From: Zancudomyces culisetae HAW-14-8
Lineage: Eukaryota; Fungi; Kickxellomycota
Assembly (NCBI GenBank): GCA_052426225.1
Contig: JBNJNM010000006.1
Span: 744,001-808,000 of the forward strand
Reading direction: 5' to 3'
Length of the DNA stretch: 64,000 bases
Below are positions 8,926 to 22,275 of this stretch, piece by piece (position 1 is the first letter of the stretch; every line of letters starts with the position of its first letter). The notes beneath the pieces were generated by a model, which saw nothing but the letters and a program-made list of their open reading frames with translations, searched no databases and was not told the DNA's origin. The translations under genes and the position numbers were made by a program.

Positions 8926-11900
8926 ACAACAATAACAACAACAGCAGCAGCAACAACAATAACAACAACAGCAGCAGCAACAACAATAACAACAGCAGCA
9001 GCAACAACAACAATAACAACAACCACAGTAGCAGCAGTAACAGCAGAAAGGTTCAAAGTGAGCCACCAAACGGTTCCCACAAGTTGAATTCCACGATTGC
9101 AAAGTTATATCAGCATTATGTTTTTCCAGAAAATCTTGATAACATTGAACCTACTTCAGACATCGAAAATACGCATTCCAATCGACACGAATTTCTAACA
9201 CCATCACCAAAAAATCATACAGATAATGAAAAGAATAAACTAGAAAAGCAGAACTTCGTAGCTATAGCTAAATATTTAAAACGTGATGGTTCTGGCGCCA
9301 ATATACAGCCGCAGTCATTTGCAAATGGGGCTAACTCTTTTGGTCTAATTGAAAAAACCACTACAAGTGAAAAATATAAGTATCCAAAGTTCATAGATGA
9401 CAAGTGCTCTTTGGATCAAAAGACTAGCATGACTTTCTGTACACCAACATTGGGCCTTGAGAGTAAGTTTTTCATACAGTTTACATGATAAAATTTGGTT
9501 TGAATTCAAGAAGTTTTGGTTTTATTTTTATTTATACAAAGTCTCAGTATCTGTATAAAATATATTATAAACAATGAACTAATAATAATATCGATTTTCA
9601 TAGAGAAGAAACCCCTAATGTACTCTGAACAACGCAAAAAATCGTTTAGCACCAGGGCAAAACCGAGGAGAAACTCGCAGTATAGTTGGTTTGCTAAACT
9701 TAAGGAACCGTTTCTGGAAAAAAGTTCAGAAGATCGAACAGTTCTCTCAATCACTGAACGATCAGCAGAAGATAAGCATAACTCATTTAAATCCATAACG
9801 AATGGTTCCCAGGGAGTACATGCTCATAGTTTTGAAAAGAGCGTATTGTCCTCTAAAAATACGCAGGAAGGTGCAAAAAAGTCACATTATCAAGGCAACA
9901 AGCGTTCATCGGTGGATATGAGGGAGCTCTTATCTGACAAGTATCTTGATGTAAATATGACAAATCTTCATCATAGACATTCAGATCACGCAATAGATGG
10001 TATAAAGCAACGCCAAAATAGACTACCATCAAGTATGAGCACAAAAAGCGCAGAAGCTATTAAAAATAAATATGAAGAGATGCAATTAAATATGAATGAA
10101 AACAAAGGGCTTGTGAGTATGAAAAAATATTGGAAACAACATTTGGGGCTTCTAAACGACGTTTTCCAATTCTATCTTACTGTGATAAGGTCAATTGGCT
10201 CAACATGGGATATCAAAATTGTAAACGAAATATACATGACTATACTAACTGTAATTGATTCGTTGTTAAGTATAGGAGGAATGGATCCAAAACAAGTGAA
10301 AAGGGAAAGTCTGTATAATGAGATTTTGGGACCCACACAATGGAGCTATTTTTGGAAAACATTAGGCGATGAATTGGAGCACATTTCTCTAAAGGTGTTA
10401 ACAAGCATCCTCCTATCGTCAAAAAGAAAAAAGATAGGTGTGAATAGCTTTGTACAACGGAGGCTGTGTTGTTGGCTTCACAGGCCAAAGGTTGCAGATC
10501 TGTGGTTTAAACTTTATACCCAAGCCAGTTTAAAAAGACTGAGACACGATTATGGCGGTGCACCATGTGTAGGAATCGACAAGATAACAATCAACAGATT
10601 TAACATTGTTGTGAGCGATGATACAAATGGCTCTTTAACACACGAACTAGTGGATTTAGTTACAGGTATCAAGTATGATCCAGGGATTATTGGTAACAAT
10701 ACGTATCTCGATTTGGTGAAGATGATTGCAAAGCTTATAGAAACCATGTGTTCTATTGGAACAAATCAAGATCAAGTTTTGTATTTTAGAGACAATAACA
10801 TTGCTGTATCTCCACCACCACTGAGTTATATAATGAGCTACAACATCACACCAGTGTTTAAAATTCTATTTGAAAATATAAGTCCAAGCTATGAATCCCA
10901 TATTGCAAAAATGGCAGCGAATAAAGCGCTCGTTTCATTATTGTGCACTAGGGACATTGCAGAAAGCCAGAAAGGATCCATGAATAATATTCTTTTGCTA
11001 GCACTTGAGTTGGGGTTTCGGAATGATTACTTGATGCTTTCTTTAATTAATGACGCACCAAAGCTGTTAAGCCTAAACCCCAACTGCCGAGCCTACTACT
11101 CGGAATTTGTTCAGGCAATTAGACTAATACTGCCTAAAAAGGCCGAAGAAATCAAAATCTATAATGATCTCGAAAAAATAAGCGCAAGTGCACTAAACTC
11201 TTTGACATCAATAATCTCGTTTCCCAAATATTTTTTTTACATGGGTTCATCAAACGCTGCTTCGATATTCAAAAACGAACAGAATTTAGATACAGACAAT
11301 ATAGATACATCTGGAATAAATCGAAAGGTTCCCAGGTATACTATGAGATCACAAGAAGTGATTAAAAAATTTGGAAAGGTAGTTAAAATTAATCAAAATA
11401 TACTGACAGGGCATACAGAATTTTCCAAAGTTGTGTATCAAATCCTATTGACAATACTATCCACTCTCTGCGACGAAAAGAATCTCAAAAATATTGTGTT
11501 GGCGCTGAGGTTATTGGAGATATATTTGTTTGAGTATCTATTTATGTATTCAGGACTTGCAAAGGCTGTAGTAGTTTTTCTCTTGGAGCAGGTAACATTC
11601 AGGCAAATTTATTTCAACTTTTTTTTGTAATTAGCAAACTTGAACAATTACAACTTTAATTTAAAACCCAATAACCCTATAATGAATAGATCTCATTGGT
11701 ACAAAATAATCCAGAGGCTGAAAGCCAGTATATTATTGTATTGACTCAGATCGGGCAGCAGTTATATTCTATGGATTGTGATCCGGAGGAATTAAGTGAT
11801 TGTGTTGAAGCGGTATTTCTACAATTTTCTAACTGTGACAGGTTAATCTATAAACACCTCAATTTTGTAAGTGTGTTTATCCTGTGATTTTAATATATAG

Positions 11901-14900
11901 TTACCAATATATATGTATTCTCTTTCTCTATTCTCTACTTCTTAATTATATTAACATTAAGATTGATATTGATATTATATTCTCATACAAAAAAAAACGA
12001 TATTATTATAAATATAGCATCGCGAGCACCAGAGATTTGTTTTGTTATCATTTTGCTTGATACAATGGTACTGCATATCCCAAAAGATTGCAACACTCAG
12101 AAACAAATACTTTAAGTCGATCTATGAAATGGTAGTTAGATTAACTGCCTTTACCTCTCACAACAATTTAGCATATACTGAATCAACAGAAAGCGTTAGT
12201 TCATACAAATTGACAGATACGGACAATGAGTTTAATAAAGTTACTAGAAAGGATTCGCTCGATAGAAGACTTGTAATCATTTTTAACAATATCGCTTCGT
12301 ACATGAAAAGTCTTGTTTCAGAAGCGTGTGGAGGAAAAATATGTCAAAAAATGAAATATTCTGATGAACCCCTTGGTTCACACAAAGACATAGTTGACGA
12401 TTTTAGCTCGAGTATTGAAAAGTATAGCCATCCTTATCCTGGTTCGGTTGAATACTACTCAAATGGAGAGGTAATAGTCAAGCAATTGAGGCTGAAGCCG
12501 CTGGAATCTAAAAATAGCTATCTGAATGGCAGTCCTATACACGCTACACTGCGTAACAAATACAAAAAAAGGATTGGTATTGTAAGCTCAGAGCGAATCG
12601 ATATCAATAATATCTTGGAAAGGGGGCGTCTTGGTTCAGAAAAAGACAGTAAGTATATATTTTACAATTATTAAAATGTTTGTTGTTTCAATAAACGCGT
12701 GTATAGCTTACAGTAACCCAGTACAAAGATTTTATAGCCCGTGGAGGTACACAAGAAGGAATCAAAAAGAATAACGCTAATTGGTTTTTTACCACCCATT
12801 AAATTAGAAAATAGCGATAAAATTAACGTTCCAAGAAAGCAGGACGAACCTAGTACTCAAAAAAGTGCTAGTGATATCGAATTTGAACTAATAGTTAACA
12901 TAAGTGATCAAACTAATGTAAATAACAGTATTGAAAATGAGGAACCAGCAGATCGCTTTACTAAAGTAAAGGCCGAAGAGCAAAGCTCGGGTGGTAAAGT
13001 ATTTGATAAAAAAGAGGAGTATGGGAACGAATGTGATTCTGACTTAGTGTCTACAGCTATCAAGAGTAGTCTTGGTTCACAAGTTTCATGTATGAGCTCT
13101 GCGAGCCTTTCTTCGGCTTTTTTTAAAAAGAGAATGTTCAACAAACTGGTATACACCCAGGATGCAGAAAAACCTAAGACTGTGAATCCATTTGTACAGT
13201 TTTTAACGTTCCGTCGCCTGAAGAAAAGCAAGGAGCTATATAGATACCTAAAGATTGTTGACTTCATCGATTCGTAAGCTACTCAGCGTACTAGAGCTTT
13301 ATAAACAATAACAGAGTAAACTATACTATAAGAGAAAGCAAAAAAGTATATATTTTTTAAAACAAAATTAAACATTTTAAAAATAGGATTTTCATGATGC
13401 GACTAAACCTTGTTTGTATGGACTCGGAGTTCGATTCATATAGCAGGAATATTGAAACCATTACCCAGTCTAGAAAGATGCCTGATGATTTGGCTGATCT
13501 GATGAGTCGTATGGGAATAAGCGTTAAGAGTGATACATATGCAAAGTTTGGAGGGCTAAAAACACATCGGGGTATTTATTACCGCGATCCATATAAAGGA
13601 GTGCTACTTCAGTTTTCACCAAACTTGGTTGTAGAAAAATATCAATCCAACAGAAATCCTCAACAAACTCAGGAAGAAGTTGAAGTGAAGAGAGAAAGTG
13701 CTAAAGCCAATTCGGATGCTGATGATAATGAAAATATAACCCAAACAGAAGGTTCTAGCGATATTATCGAACATGGGTGTAATTTGGCTTCAGAAAATGG
13801 CAAGAAAAATAACTATGATACCGATACAGACACCTTGAATAGTCAAAGCGATATTAGCAGCTCAGAAAATGATGATGGCTTCACAAGCGATAGTGGAAAT
13901 AGTGTTGCTAGCGAAAAAACGAGTTTTACAAATACTAATGTAGAATCGAAGGATGAAATGGTAGAAAGTGAAGAAATGGTTACATACAAGTTTTTGGAGT
14001 GTTTATTAAAAGATGGAATCTGTGTCGTCTATACAAAGAGGGGAATTAATGAAATTTCTATGCAATATTTCTGGGATAAAATATATAGTGAGTTTGATAG
14101 GCTCTCTGAAAAAATAAAAAGTAAAAGAGCAAATGTATCAGTTGATGCGGAGGATAAAATGGACACAAGTTGCGAAAATTCTAACATTATTGAAAAAAGG
14201 ATTAATGAGGCACAGAAAAAGAAATCTCTTGTAAAAGAGACTGATCCTGAAAAAGACAGGTAAAGTTTACAGGAACAAAATTACACTTTTTATTTAGTAT
14301 TATTGAACTGTCAAAACTTATTGATCCATAATATGTATTACTTAAAAATAGTGATATATATTCTGCAGAAGCAAAAAAACCGACAATAACAGAGGAGTAT
14401 AACCAGAGATATCTTTTAGAACGATTCAATAAGGAGATAAATGCAGATGGGGGTGATATATTTGATTTAATTGATCCGTTACCCTTCAGCCAAAGAGATA
14501 ATAATGACAACAAAGACCAATATGAAGATGGAGATATTGCCGGAATACGAAAAAAGTCTGAAAACAAGATCGCCATAATTATATCGCCAGTATTTGCTAC
14601 TGATTGTAATCTTTACCAGGTCCGATTGGTGGCAAGCGCGAAAGATCCTAGAATAAGAGATTCCTTGCTGTTTAATACTGGACCACTGGCATCAGGAATG
14701 ATTGTACATAAACACCAGTTACCTAGTTTACTATTGAATACCATAGTTACGGGTAAGAAAAATCTGCTCGCAATTAATGGACAGATTCTGTATACTCATA
14801 TTATCAAGACATGGTTGCTAAGAGATATTTCGAGAAGATGTTCTCAAGTTTCCAAATACACTAAAGCTCTAAAAGCAATGCTTTTGGGTTCTGGGTTTCT

Positions 14901-14904
14901 TTGA
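7791..14904 (+). CDS. RalGAP-beta-like / Rap-GAP-fold protein, 8 exons, about 2064 aa
   Basis: Exons 7791-7905, 8071-9462, 9604-11591, 11690-11866, 12018-12648, 12808-13273, 13387-14259, 14352-14904 join in frame through GT-AG introns (6195 nt). Motifs QLEWALRGVELGLLLPLE, WLHRPKVADLW...RLRHDYG and GPLASGMIVHKHQLPSLLLNT resemble RALGAPB N-terminal and Rap-GAP C-terminal segments (recalled similarity). Confidence 0.65.
8866..9046 (+). repeat. (AAC/AGC)n coding microsatellite (Asn/Ser tract)
   Basis: Alternating runs of AAC and AGC encoding NNNNNNNSSSSSNNSSSSSNNN... in exon 2 of the RalGAP-like gene. Confidence 0.95.
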
Positions 14905-15606
14905 AGTGCTCAAGTTGGCAATATAACTTGATTTGCTCTCCACTGGTTTCCCCTTGATCCCCCCCCTTTCTTGACTCATATATTTACTTTTATTGTATAA
15001 ATACATTTTTTTCGTTTTTTCTCGTTAATAGTATCTTGAATAGTTTTCTGATTAGAATAAAAAATTAATTATAATATCCTTTTCAATAATAGCTTTTATG
15101 AAAAGATGTATTTTAGTATTGAATGTATTTCTTACAAAAGAAAAAAGATATTACGTGGTAAATATGGGTGAAAACTGATTTAGTAAACATGTTGTATAAA
15201 CAATATAATGCCAAGGCATTTATAACGACGTTACTTTCTATAAATAAATAAAACTAGAACCAAGGGAAATCATTGGAATAGAAGATATATATATGATATA
15301 CGTAGATGTGTAATTTTGCGCAGAAAGTCGAGTAAACACTCTCCCAACTTCAACCTCAAACCCAACCTTACACCCAGATTCAGACTTAATTCTTATTCTT
15401 TTAAGCATCATTTTTCCAACTAAATTTATTTGCAGTGGGAGAGAATGATAACACAAGGAGGAATAGTTTCAGAAAGGAAGAAACAAAGGAGAATTGGATG
15501 AAAGTAAGGATATGGAAATGAACATGACATGGACATGAAGGGGTATAACAGGGGGAGGGGGGGGGGGTGTGAGAGAATGTTTATCAGAACTGAGCCAATT
15601 ACATTA

Positions 15607-16814
15607 TTAGAACCTTTCTTTTAATCTTGAAGCAATGGTTCTCAGGTTTGCGTAAACCTTTCCTGGGGGACTACCCAAAATCAAGTTTGAAATAGCATCT
15701 CTGGCTATTTTGATATTATTAAAGGAACCCAAAATATGGATTTTGGTATCAGCAAGAACAATTCTGGTTTTGGAGGTATTTTCAATCACAAATTTTGTTT
15801 TTCCGTCTTTTCCAGCAATACGGCCAATCGCACGAGCCAAGTGATCACCTTGCAGTGATTTAACTATATGTATTAAAATTTAAGATTGGTATATGCAAAT
15901 AAATAAAGTGTTGGTGATTTTGTAAGCTGGGATCACTCTTCTTAAATATTCAGAAGAATAAAAGTAGATTGTAAAAATGCAGGCTTGTGAATGTAATATA
16001 GGGTGTGAGATATGAAGAGAATTGAACTTTCATCATTGCTACCATTTCTCAGTAGATAAAAAAAAAACGTACCATCTTTGATTTCAAAGGATTCCAAATA
16101 CAACTCCTCAACTCTTAATAGAGCAGAAGCATCTTCAACACTGAAACCGAGTGAAAAGGCACGGACAAAATCAGCAGCTTTTTGTACAGCAGCAGAGTCT
16201 TGAGTCTCATTACAAGTCTATAAAGTAGTAATAATAGATTAAATCGGGCGAAACCAACAATGTTATGAGCAATTTCATTATATTGAGGGAGGAGTTTTCT
16301 TTATATCAATCTGCAAACATTACAATAGTGAACTATTCAGAGAATATTTACCGACAGAAAAAACAAAAAAAAAGAAGATAGTATACTTACTCTTATTTCA
16401 ACCATTTTGGATTTAAGATTCATTCGAATTTGAAGTTTCAATTGTTCCACAATGGGAGTATAAATCTTTAGCCAGTTTTGTTTAAGAGGAGATAGTCTAT
16501 TTGGAGGAATTCTGACTCTACGGAATTGCTCTTTTCCACCCTAAAAATAAAACAAATGAAATTAGATAAATAAAAAAGTTGATTTAAGGATAAACGTTAT
16601 GAAAATGTCAAATAAGGATACTTAAAAACGTAAAGATAAAGGTAAGGATAAAAGTACTTACATTTAGAAGCTTTGGATCGATGGGTTTAAAGCGAGGTTT
16701 AGAAGTTTCGACTATGTCCATAGCAGAAATGGGTTCCAAAACAATTTCGGCTTTGTTAGCATCAGTTTCGTTGGGTAGAGTAATGTTGTTTGGATCTATC
16801 ATTATGGAGTCCAT
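15607..16814 (-). CDS. PNO1: Pre-rRNA-processing KH-domain protein Pno1/Dim2, 4 exons, 234 aa
   Basis: Exons 16814-16662, 16540-16391, 16217-16073, 15863-15607 (705 nt, in frame). Conserved [27 protein letters not shown] and [24 protein letters not shown]...[15 protein letters not shown]. Confidence 0.95.
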
Positions 16815-17232
16815 GTTACGTATTTATGTTGTGTATGAGTGTGTGCTGTGTGTAAGAGCTGTATAGTATCCTGCTGATTTATTGAAAATACCACTAGAAT
16901 TAGATGAATCGTATTTGAACTATTGTTCAAGAGCCAAAAAAAAAATTTGTATATTCAAATCGAAAAGTGGTTTGCGCCTTTAGTTCAAGTTTGCAATTTT
17001 CACTTGCTTCCTTGGTCAAGAAAAAAAAAAAAAAAAGAAAAAAAAAATTTTTTTTTTTGAACAGGTTATGGAATGAGGATGCAAGTTAATTGGCTAAAAA
17101 AATGCAAAAAATCACATGAACAGTATATTTGTATAAAATTGGAATTGTAGTGTAAAGAAAAAATTAAAGGTATAATATGAGTGTAGAGATGAAATGAAGG
17201 AGAGGATAAAATATTAATTTTGAAGGATCAGA

Positions 17233-18840
17233 TTAAGCCAACCCAAGATCATTTGATATAGTAGGTGGGATAATGCCATTGTGATTCATGGAATACTTGG
17301 AGATGTTAGAAGGGGAGTTGTCGAGAGAGGACGAGGCAGAATTTGAGTAAGAGTCAGAGGTTGAGAATTTAGAAATGTTGGGATTGGATAAGGAAGAAAC
17401 CGCAATGGGAAAAGCGGAGACTTCAGGGGAAGGAGAAGTGGAAAGAGTATCGGAAAGACTATTGTCCATTTCCTTGACAGACGCAGATAGGGCAGTTAGA
17501 GAACTTAGACCACCAGGAACATTTGAGGACAGGGAGTGGAGAGGAATGGCGGATGAAGGAATGGAGAAGTCGTCAGGCTGAGAAGAGGAGTCGTCAAAAG
17601 TTCTGGAGAAAAACTCGGTGGAAGGGGTTGGGGGAACATTAGGGTTTGAGCGAACACCAAGAGGGTTCTTGGAGTAGCTGAGTCTAATTCCACCGTTTGT
17701 AGAGGAAGGCAACATACGGCCATCGTAGTCACGAAGAGCCAATGTTGCGCAGGAGATATCGCGGAACTCAACAAAACACATGGGACCAGAGTTTGGTTTT
17801 GTGCGGAAGCAGAGGCGCTTGTATCCATAGGCAACAGTGAACAGTCTGCGAAGCTCGGCCTCGGTTGCAGCTACAGAGAGGTTACCGACATAGAGGGTAT
17901 TGCAAGGAGGATTTGCATCTGCGGAAATGGCCGACCTTGGAGGAGGGTAGTTTTGAGAGGGCTGTGCAAAGCCCTGGGGAGGAGCAAGGATTGAGGATGC
18001 GTTGAGCAGAGAAATGGGACTGGAGATGCTGGGCTGGATGCCTATAGAGGTGAGAGGAGCACCGGCCGTCGCTGGGCCACGGGTGTTTATGTTTAGATTG
18101 GAAAACCTGGTGCGCAATGGAGTGAGTTTGGATGCTTTCCTACTGGGTAGTCGTAGAGACGACGAGGCCTTGAGATCGGAAATGGATCGCGACAATCCAT
18201 CTTGGCCGCCCAAATCGTAGTCTGTGTTTAGCATATTCCCTAGCGAGGAGAGTGAATCGTGGGTTTGTGTTGTATATGCATCAAAATGATTAAAAGCATC
18301 GCCATACAGATCTTGTGACCTGAGGAGAGGTGCTGAAAGCAGCGGCTGTTCACCACCCAATCTTCCCAGTCCCTCGTTTGTAATGATGCTGAGGTTTGAT
18401 GGTCGAATTGCCGATGTTGCCAGACCACCAAGTCGATAGTTGGTTGGTAGTGGCCGTGCGTTGAGGTTAAAGCTGCTGTGAAGATCCGATCTGCTTACAT
18501 TCTTGCTCTGAGCCTTGTTTCCGAACAACCCACGCTTGGTGATCAAATCTTTCTTTGCCAACTCTGCCTTCAACACACCATCGCTGTTTGGATCTACTTT
18601 CCGGCCTGTCAGCACATCTCTAGCTTCCAATGCTTCAATCTTTGTTCGGAACTTGGCAAATCCGATTATCTTGTTGGTTGTGTTACCTTCTTTGCTTGCC
18701 GCATCTGCATCTGGATATCGGAGAATTGCTGCCTCAAAGCCCTGGCAGAACGTAAACATGTTTTGGAATTCTCGTTCCTTCATGTCTTCTGGGAATCCAA
18801 TCACAAAAATTGTTGTTATTTCTTGATCAAACGCGTCCAT
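17233..18840 (-). CDS. Whi3/Scw1-family RNA-binding protein with two RRMs, 535 aa
   Basis: N-terminal [25 protein letters not shown]...GFAKF; second [15 protein letters not shown]...GPMCFVEF...[15 protein letters not shown], diagnostic of Whi3/Whi4/Scw1. Confidence 0.9.
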   Translation of the reverse strand: MDAFDQEITTIFVIGFPEDMKEREFQNMFTFCQGFEAAILRYPDADAASKEGNTTNKIIGFAKFRTKIEALEARDVLTGRKVDPNSDGVLKAELAKKDLITKRGLFGNKAQSKNVSRSDLHSSFNLNARPLPTNYRLGGLATSAIRPSNLSIITNEGLGRLGGEQPLLSAPLLRSQDLYGDAFNHFDAYTTQTHDSLSSLGNMLNTDYDLGGQDGLSRSISDLKASSSLRLPSRKASKLTPLRTRFSNLNINTRGPATAGAPLTSIGIQPSISSPISLLNASSILAPPQGFAQPSQNYPPPRSAISADANPPCNTLYVGNLSVAATEAELRRLFTVAYGYKRLCFRTKPNSGPMCFVEFRDISCATLALRDYDGRMLPSSTNGGIRLSYSKNPLGVRSNPNVPPTPSTEFFSRTFDDSSSQPDDFSIPSSAIPLHSLSSNVPGGLSSLTALSASVKEMDNSLSDTLSTSPSPEVSAFPIAVSSLSNPNISKFSTSDSYSNSASSSLDNSPSNISKYSMNHNGIIPPTISNDLGLA

Positions 18841-21800
18841 TTTGTCTTTTTCTTATCTTTTACCCTCTGGTTGATGTATATCTAAATGTAAGTATGGTTG
18901 GGTATATGGCTGTATTATGGTTTTGATTATGTGATTGCTTATGATGTTTGGCTATTAGTGTGACTGCTATGATATTGAATTTTTGTGTAGTATCCAACCG
19001 TTTTATTGACTTGGGCTCCACGTGTAAATATTATTAGAACACCTATTCTTTGTAACTATCAAGTTATCTTTTGCTTTTTGTTTTCGCTTTGTTACTGAAC
19101 ACTATTCATTACAAAGTCGTTACTTGCTTATGATATCCGTCAAGTAAATATTTATTCTAATTGAAATTGATAATTGATTCCAAGGTTCCCTTTATCAATA
19201 TTTATGATTTATGTTGTGATGTTAAGGCTTGCTTGTCTTGTTATTGTTATGGTTTTATCAATAACTCGCTCTTTCTTTTCTTCCACCTTTCTGTTTAATA
19301 GCAAATGAAAAATGAAATCGTACAAATGCTATATTCTATCTGATATGATTTCTTTTGTATCTATTTTATCGGTGTTTCTCTTCTTCTTCTTCTTCTTTGT
19401 CGCCTTGTTTAGCCTTGTAGTATGTAATTTTTGAAATATGGTTTGAGTTTTTTTTTTAGATTCTCAATGAAGATTCTAAAGTTTACTTTGCTTGCTTTTT
19501 ACTATTTTTTTATATATTATAGATTGCAAAGTTGATGCTATTCCTTTTTTAGTTTGTTCTTTTTTTTTTCTGTCTTCTGGACGCCCGAATAGGTTCTAGT
19601 ATACAAATATCTTACTACTGGATTATAGTTATATGTGTATGTGAATGATATAAAAAGTTTAAATGAAATTCATTAGTCTGCCTAATGTTGTGCTTTTCTG
19701 CTAGCTATATTGTTTGTTTGGGCTTATTTGCGTTTGAAAAAAAATTTTTTTTTAGCTCAAAAGCCGTTATTTGTAATATATGAAAAAAGAGCGGAAAAAA
19801 ATCAGAGTACTATTTTACTTGTCTAACCTTCCTCCCCCTTTCTTTCCAATTCCAAATCTTTTCTTGGTTGTTTTTTTCGTCTTTCTCTTTCTCTTTCACT
19901 TGGATTTGTTTTCTATTTTGTTTTTTCTGCTTACAAAATGTATTTTACCCCTTTTATTTTGACTTACCTAAATATTCCTAATTGTGTAATAAAATAATTA
20001 AATTATTGCAATAAAACTCATCAGCAAATCAAATCGCCGAAATTAAATCAACGAGGAATTGATGAAAATTTATTTGCAAGACTTGCATTATTTGGTTGCA
20101 AATAATTTTTATTAATAATCACCACCACACTTGTGTTTGTTCTTGCTGGTGCTAATCACAGATAAATTGACGCGGAAAAAAAAAGCACTTTTATCATCCC
20201 TCTATTATCACTGATTTGCTTTGATTGGGTTGGCCTAGTTGCACTGCCTACACTTTATAATCGCATTTCCTTGATGTTACCTTCAAGTGTTGTTGTCAAT
20301 ACCATTGTATACAATGAAAACTATCAGGAAATCTCAGATTCTAACATCATAAGGCCAAACCCATCTAAGCTTCCAAACCTCATTTTGGCTCTTAATTCCC
20401 TTTGTTTCTTTAAACCTAAATTGCATTGTGTAATTTAAACCTCAATTACTAAATCAAACACAATAATCAGCTTTTCAAGCCATTTACACTCCTTAATTTT
20501 TTTTCCACTTTGCCATAAATCTGATTAAAATCATACAATTGAATTACTAATTCAAAATTATGGTATTGTTTGTAATTTGGTTTACAAATCATGCTCTATG
20601 TAACCAAAGCATATTTCGCGAAAAAATTCAAATAACACTCCCACTAAGCTTTGTTCAATAGATTTGCTAGTTATTTTCCATTATTTATCCTTTCACTGAA
20701 TACACCTTACTACTGCTTAGTAGACATTGAGTGTAATGGATAACCGCGTTTGAAAGGACAAAAACAAACACAAACACAAAAAGCTTTAAAGAAAAGCGAT
20801 AAAAAGAAATGGGGTGTATTGGTCGGGGACCTAACAACTAAAACATGTAGTGCGGTAAACTTCCACATGGTTTTTTTTGAGCCCTCTAATTAAATCACCA
20901 GCATCAAAGAATTTTTACTCCAAACAGTCTTAATATGTAGCACCATCGTTGTGTGGTACTTTTTTTCTGATGTTTTTTGAAACAAGCAGAATTAAAAAAG
21001 GCATTGAAAGCAGTCTTTGTGGCAATACAAAATATCTTTAACCAGTGTTGATTGTATCAAGTATTCATATATCTACAAAAAGAAATCAACAAGACAGCAA
21101 AACAACCTTGCAAATTTATTCGCTTTTATCGTAATTTGTTTTGCTAATCGAAATGATGAAATTTGCCTGGGTTTTTTTAGTTTCGATTATTTTCGAATTT
21201 CTATTTTTAAAGAATGAATTTACAAAACAGAATTTACAAAGCAGAATTTACGATTCAGCTGATTGTTAAAAGCAATTATCTCCACTTGTTTTGGGGTCTG
21301 GTGATTGTTTACATTAAACTCAAATACATTCAGATTCCACAAATCAAGACGCTCTAACTGAGAGAAGAGCAGCACCACGACACATATTGTCTTCTCATTG
21401 CAAAACAAGTTAGATGTATAATGTAATTTTAATAGTATTATTTATATATTTTTTGTAAATATAAATAAAACTATTTTAATATTTTTAGGTATTTTTGCTT
21501 TGATAAAATTGGTTTATGAAGAAAAGTTTATTCTGGAAACCTTTCCAAACTTAGGGAAAGAAATACTGCAATTACACACTTGCTTGTTTTTCATCATTAG
21601 CTAATAAATTGAATATAATCCAGCTAATTTAAGTTGTGATACAATTTTTGGATATAGAAAGCCAGTAACCTAATAGCTGCGCAAATACTCATTTATGTTT
21701 AAAAATCCTAGATAAATCAAATTAGGGAGCTAATATTCTGGCAAAAGAAGAGTTAAAAGCTTAAACTGAAAAGCACGAGTTAAATATCAATAAATGATTG

Positions 21801-22275
21801 ACTCCTTTTTGCTGAAAATGCAAAAACAAAAAAAAATTTACCCAACCTTATTAACAAAAAATTAAAGCCATGAATTATAAATTACTGCTAGATGGCTTCG
21901 ACCATTTTATAGTCACTGTTGGGAATAAATAGATAGCTTTTAAACATTTCTAGTCAAAAATTCACATTTAATTAGTGCCAATTACACGGAGTTGGATGAA
22001 CAATGTTGTTTTTTTTCGACTAAAAGGATCTGAAATAAATAAAAGTGTAGTGATAATACACGGTTTTTTGAATATGATGCCAGTTGAATCGCAAATACAA
22101 GGTAAAGCGTGATAAATTGATGATCAGAAGGGGAAGAAATATATACTGGAAAAAAAAAAAGTGAATCAACCCATTTCTATCTAAATAGTACATTTTATGC
22201 AATTTATAGGTTGAGAATGAATGGGTGAAGTTCAGAAATATACTGAGAAATGAGCAATAAACATTGAGCAATGGC

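Noticed and set aside
8829-9102. Poly-Cys and poly-Val/Ala ORFs on the minus strand (metallothionein-like at first sight)
   Set aside because: Antisense translation of the (AAC/AGC)n microsatellite within the RalGAP-like exon.
15551-15568. G-run downstream of PNO1 (possible G-quadruplex)
   Set aside because: Single homopolymer tract with no supporting context; a similar G-run occurs at 24932-24947.
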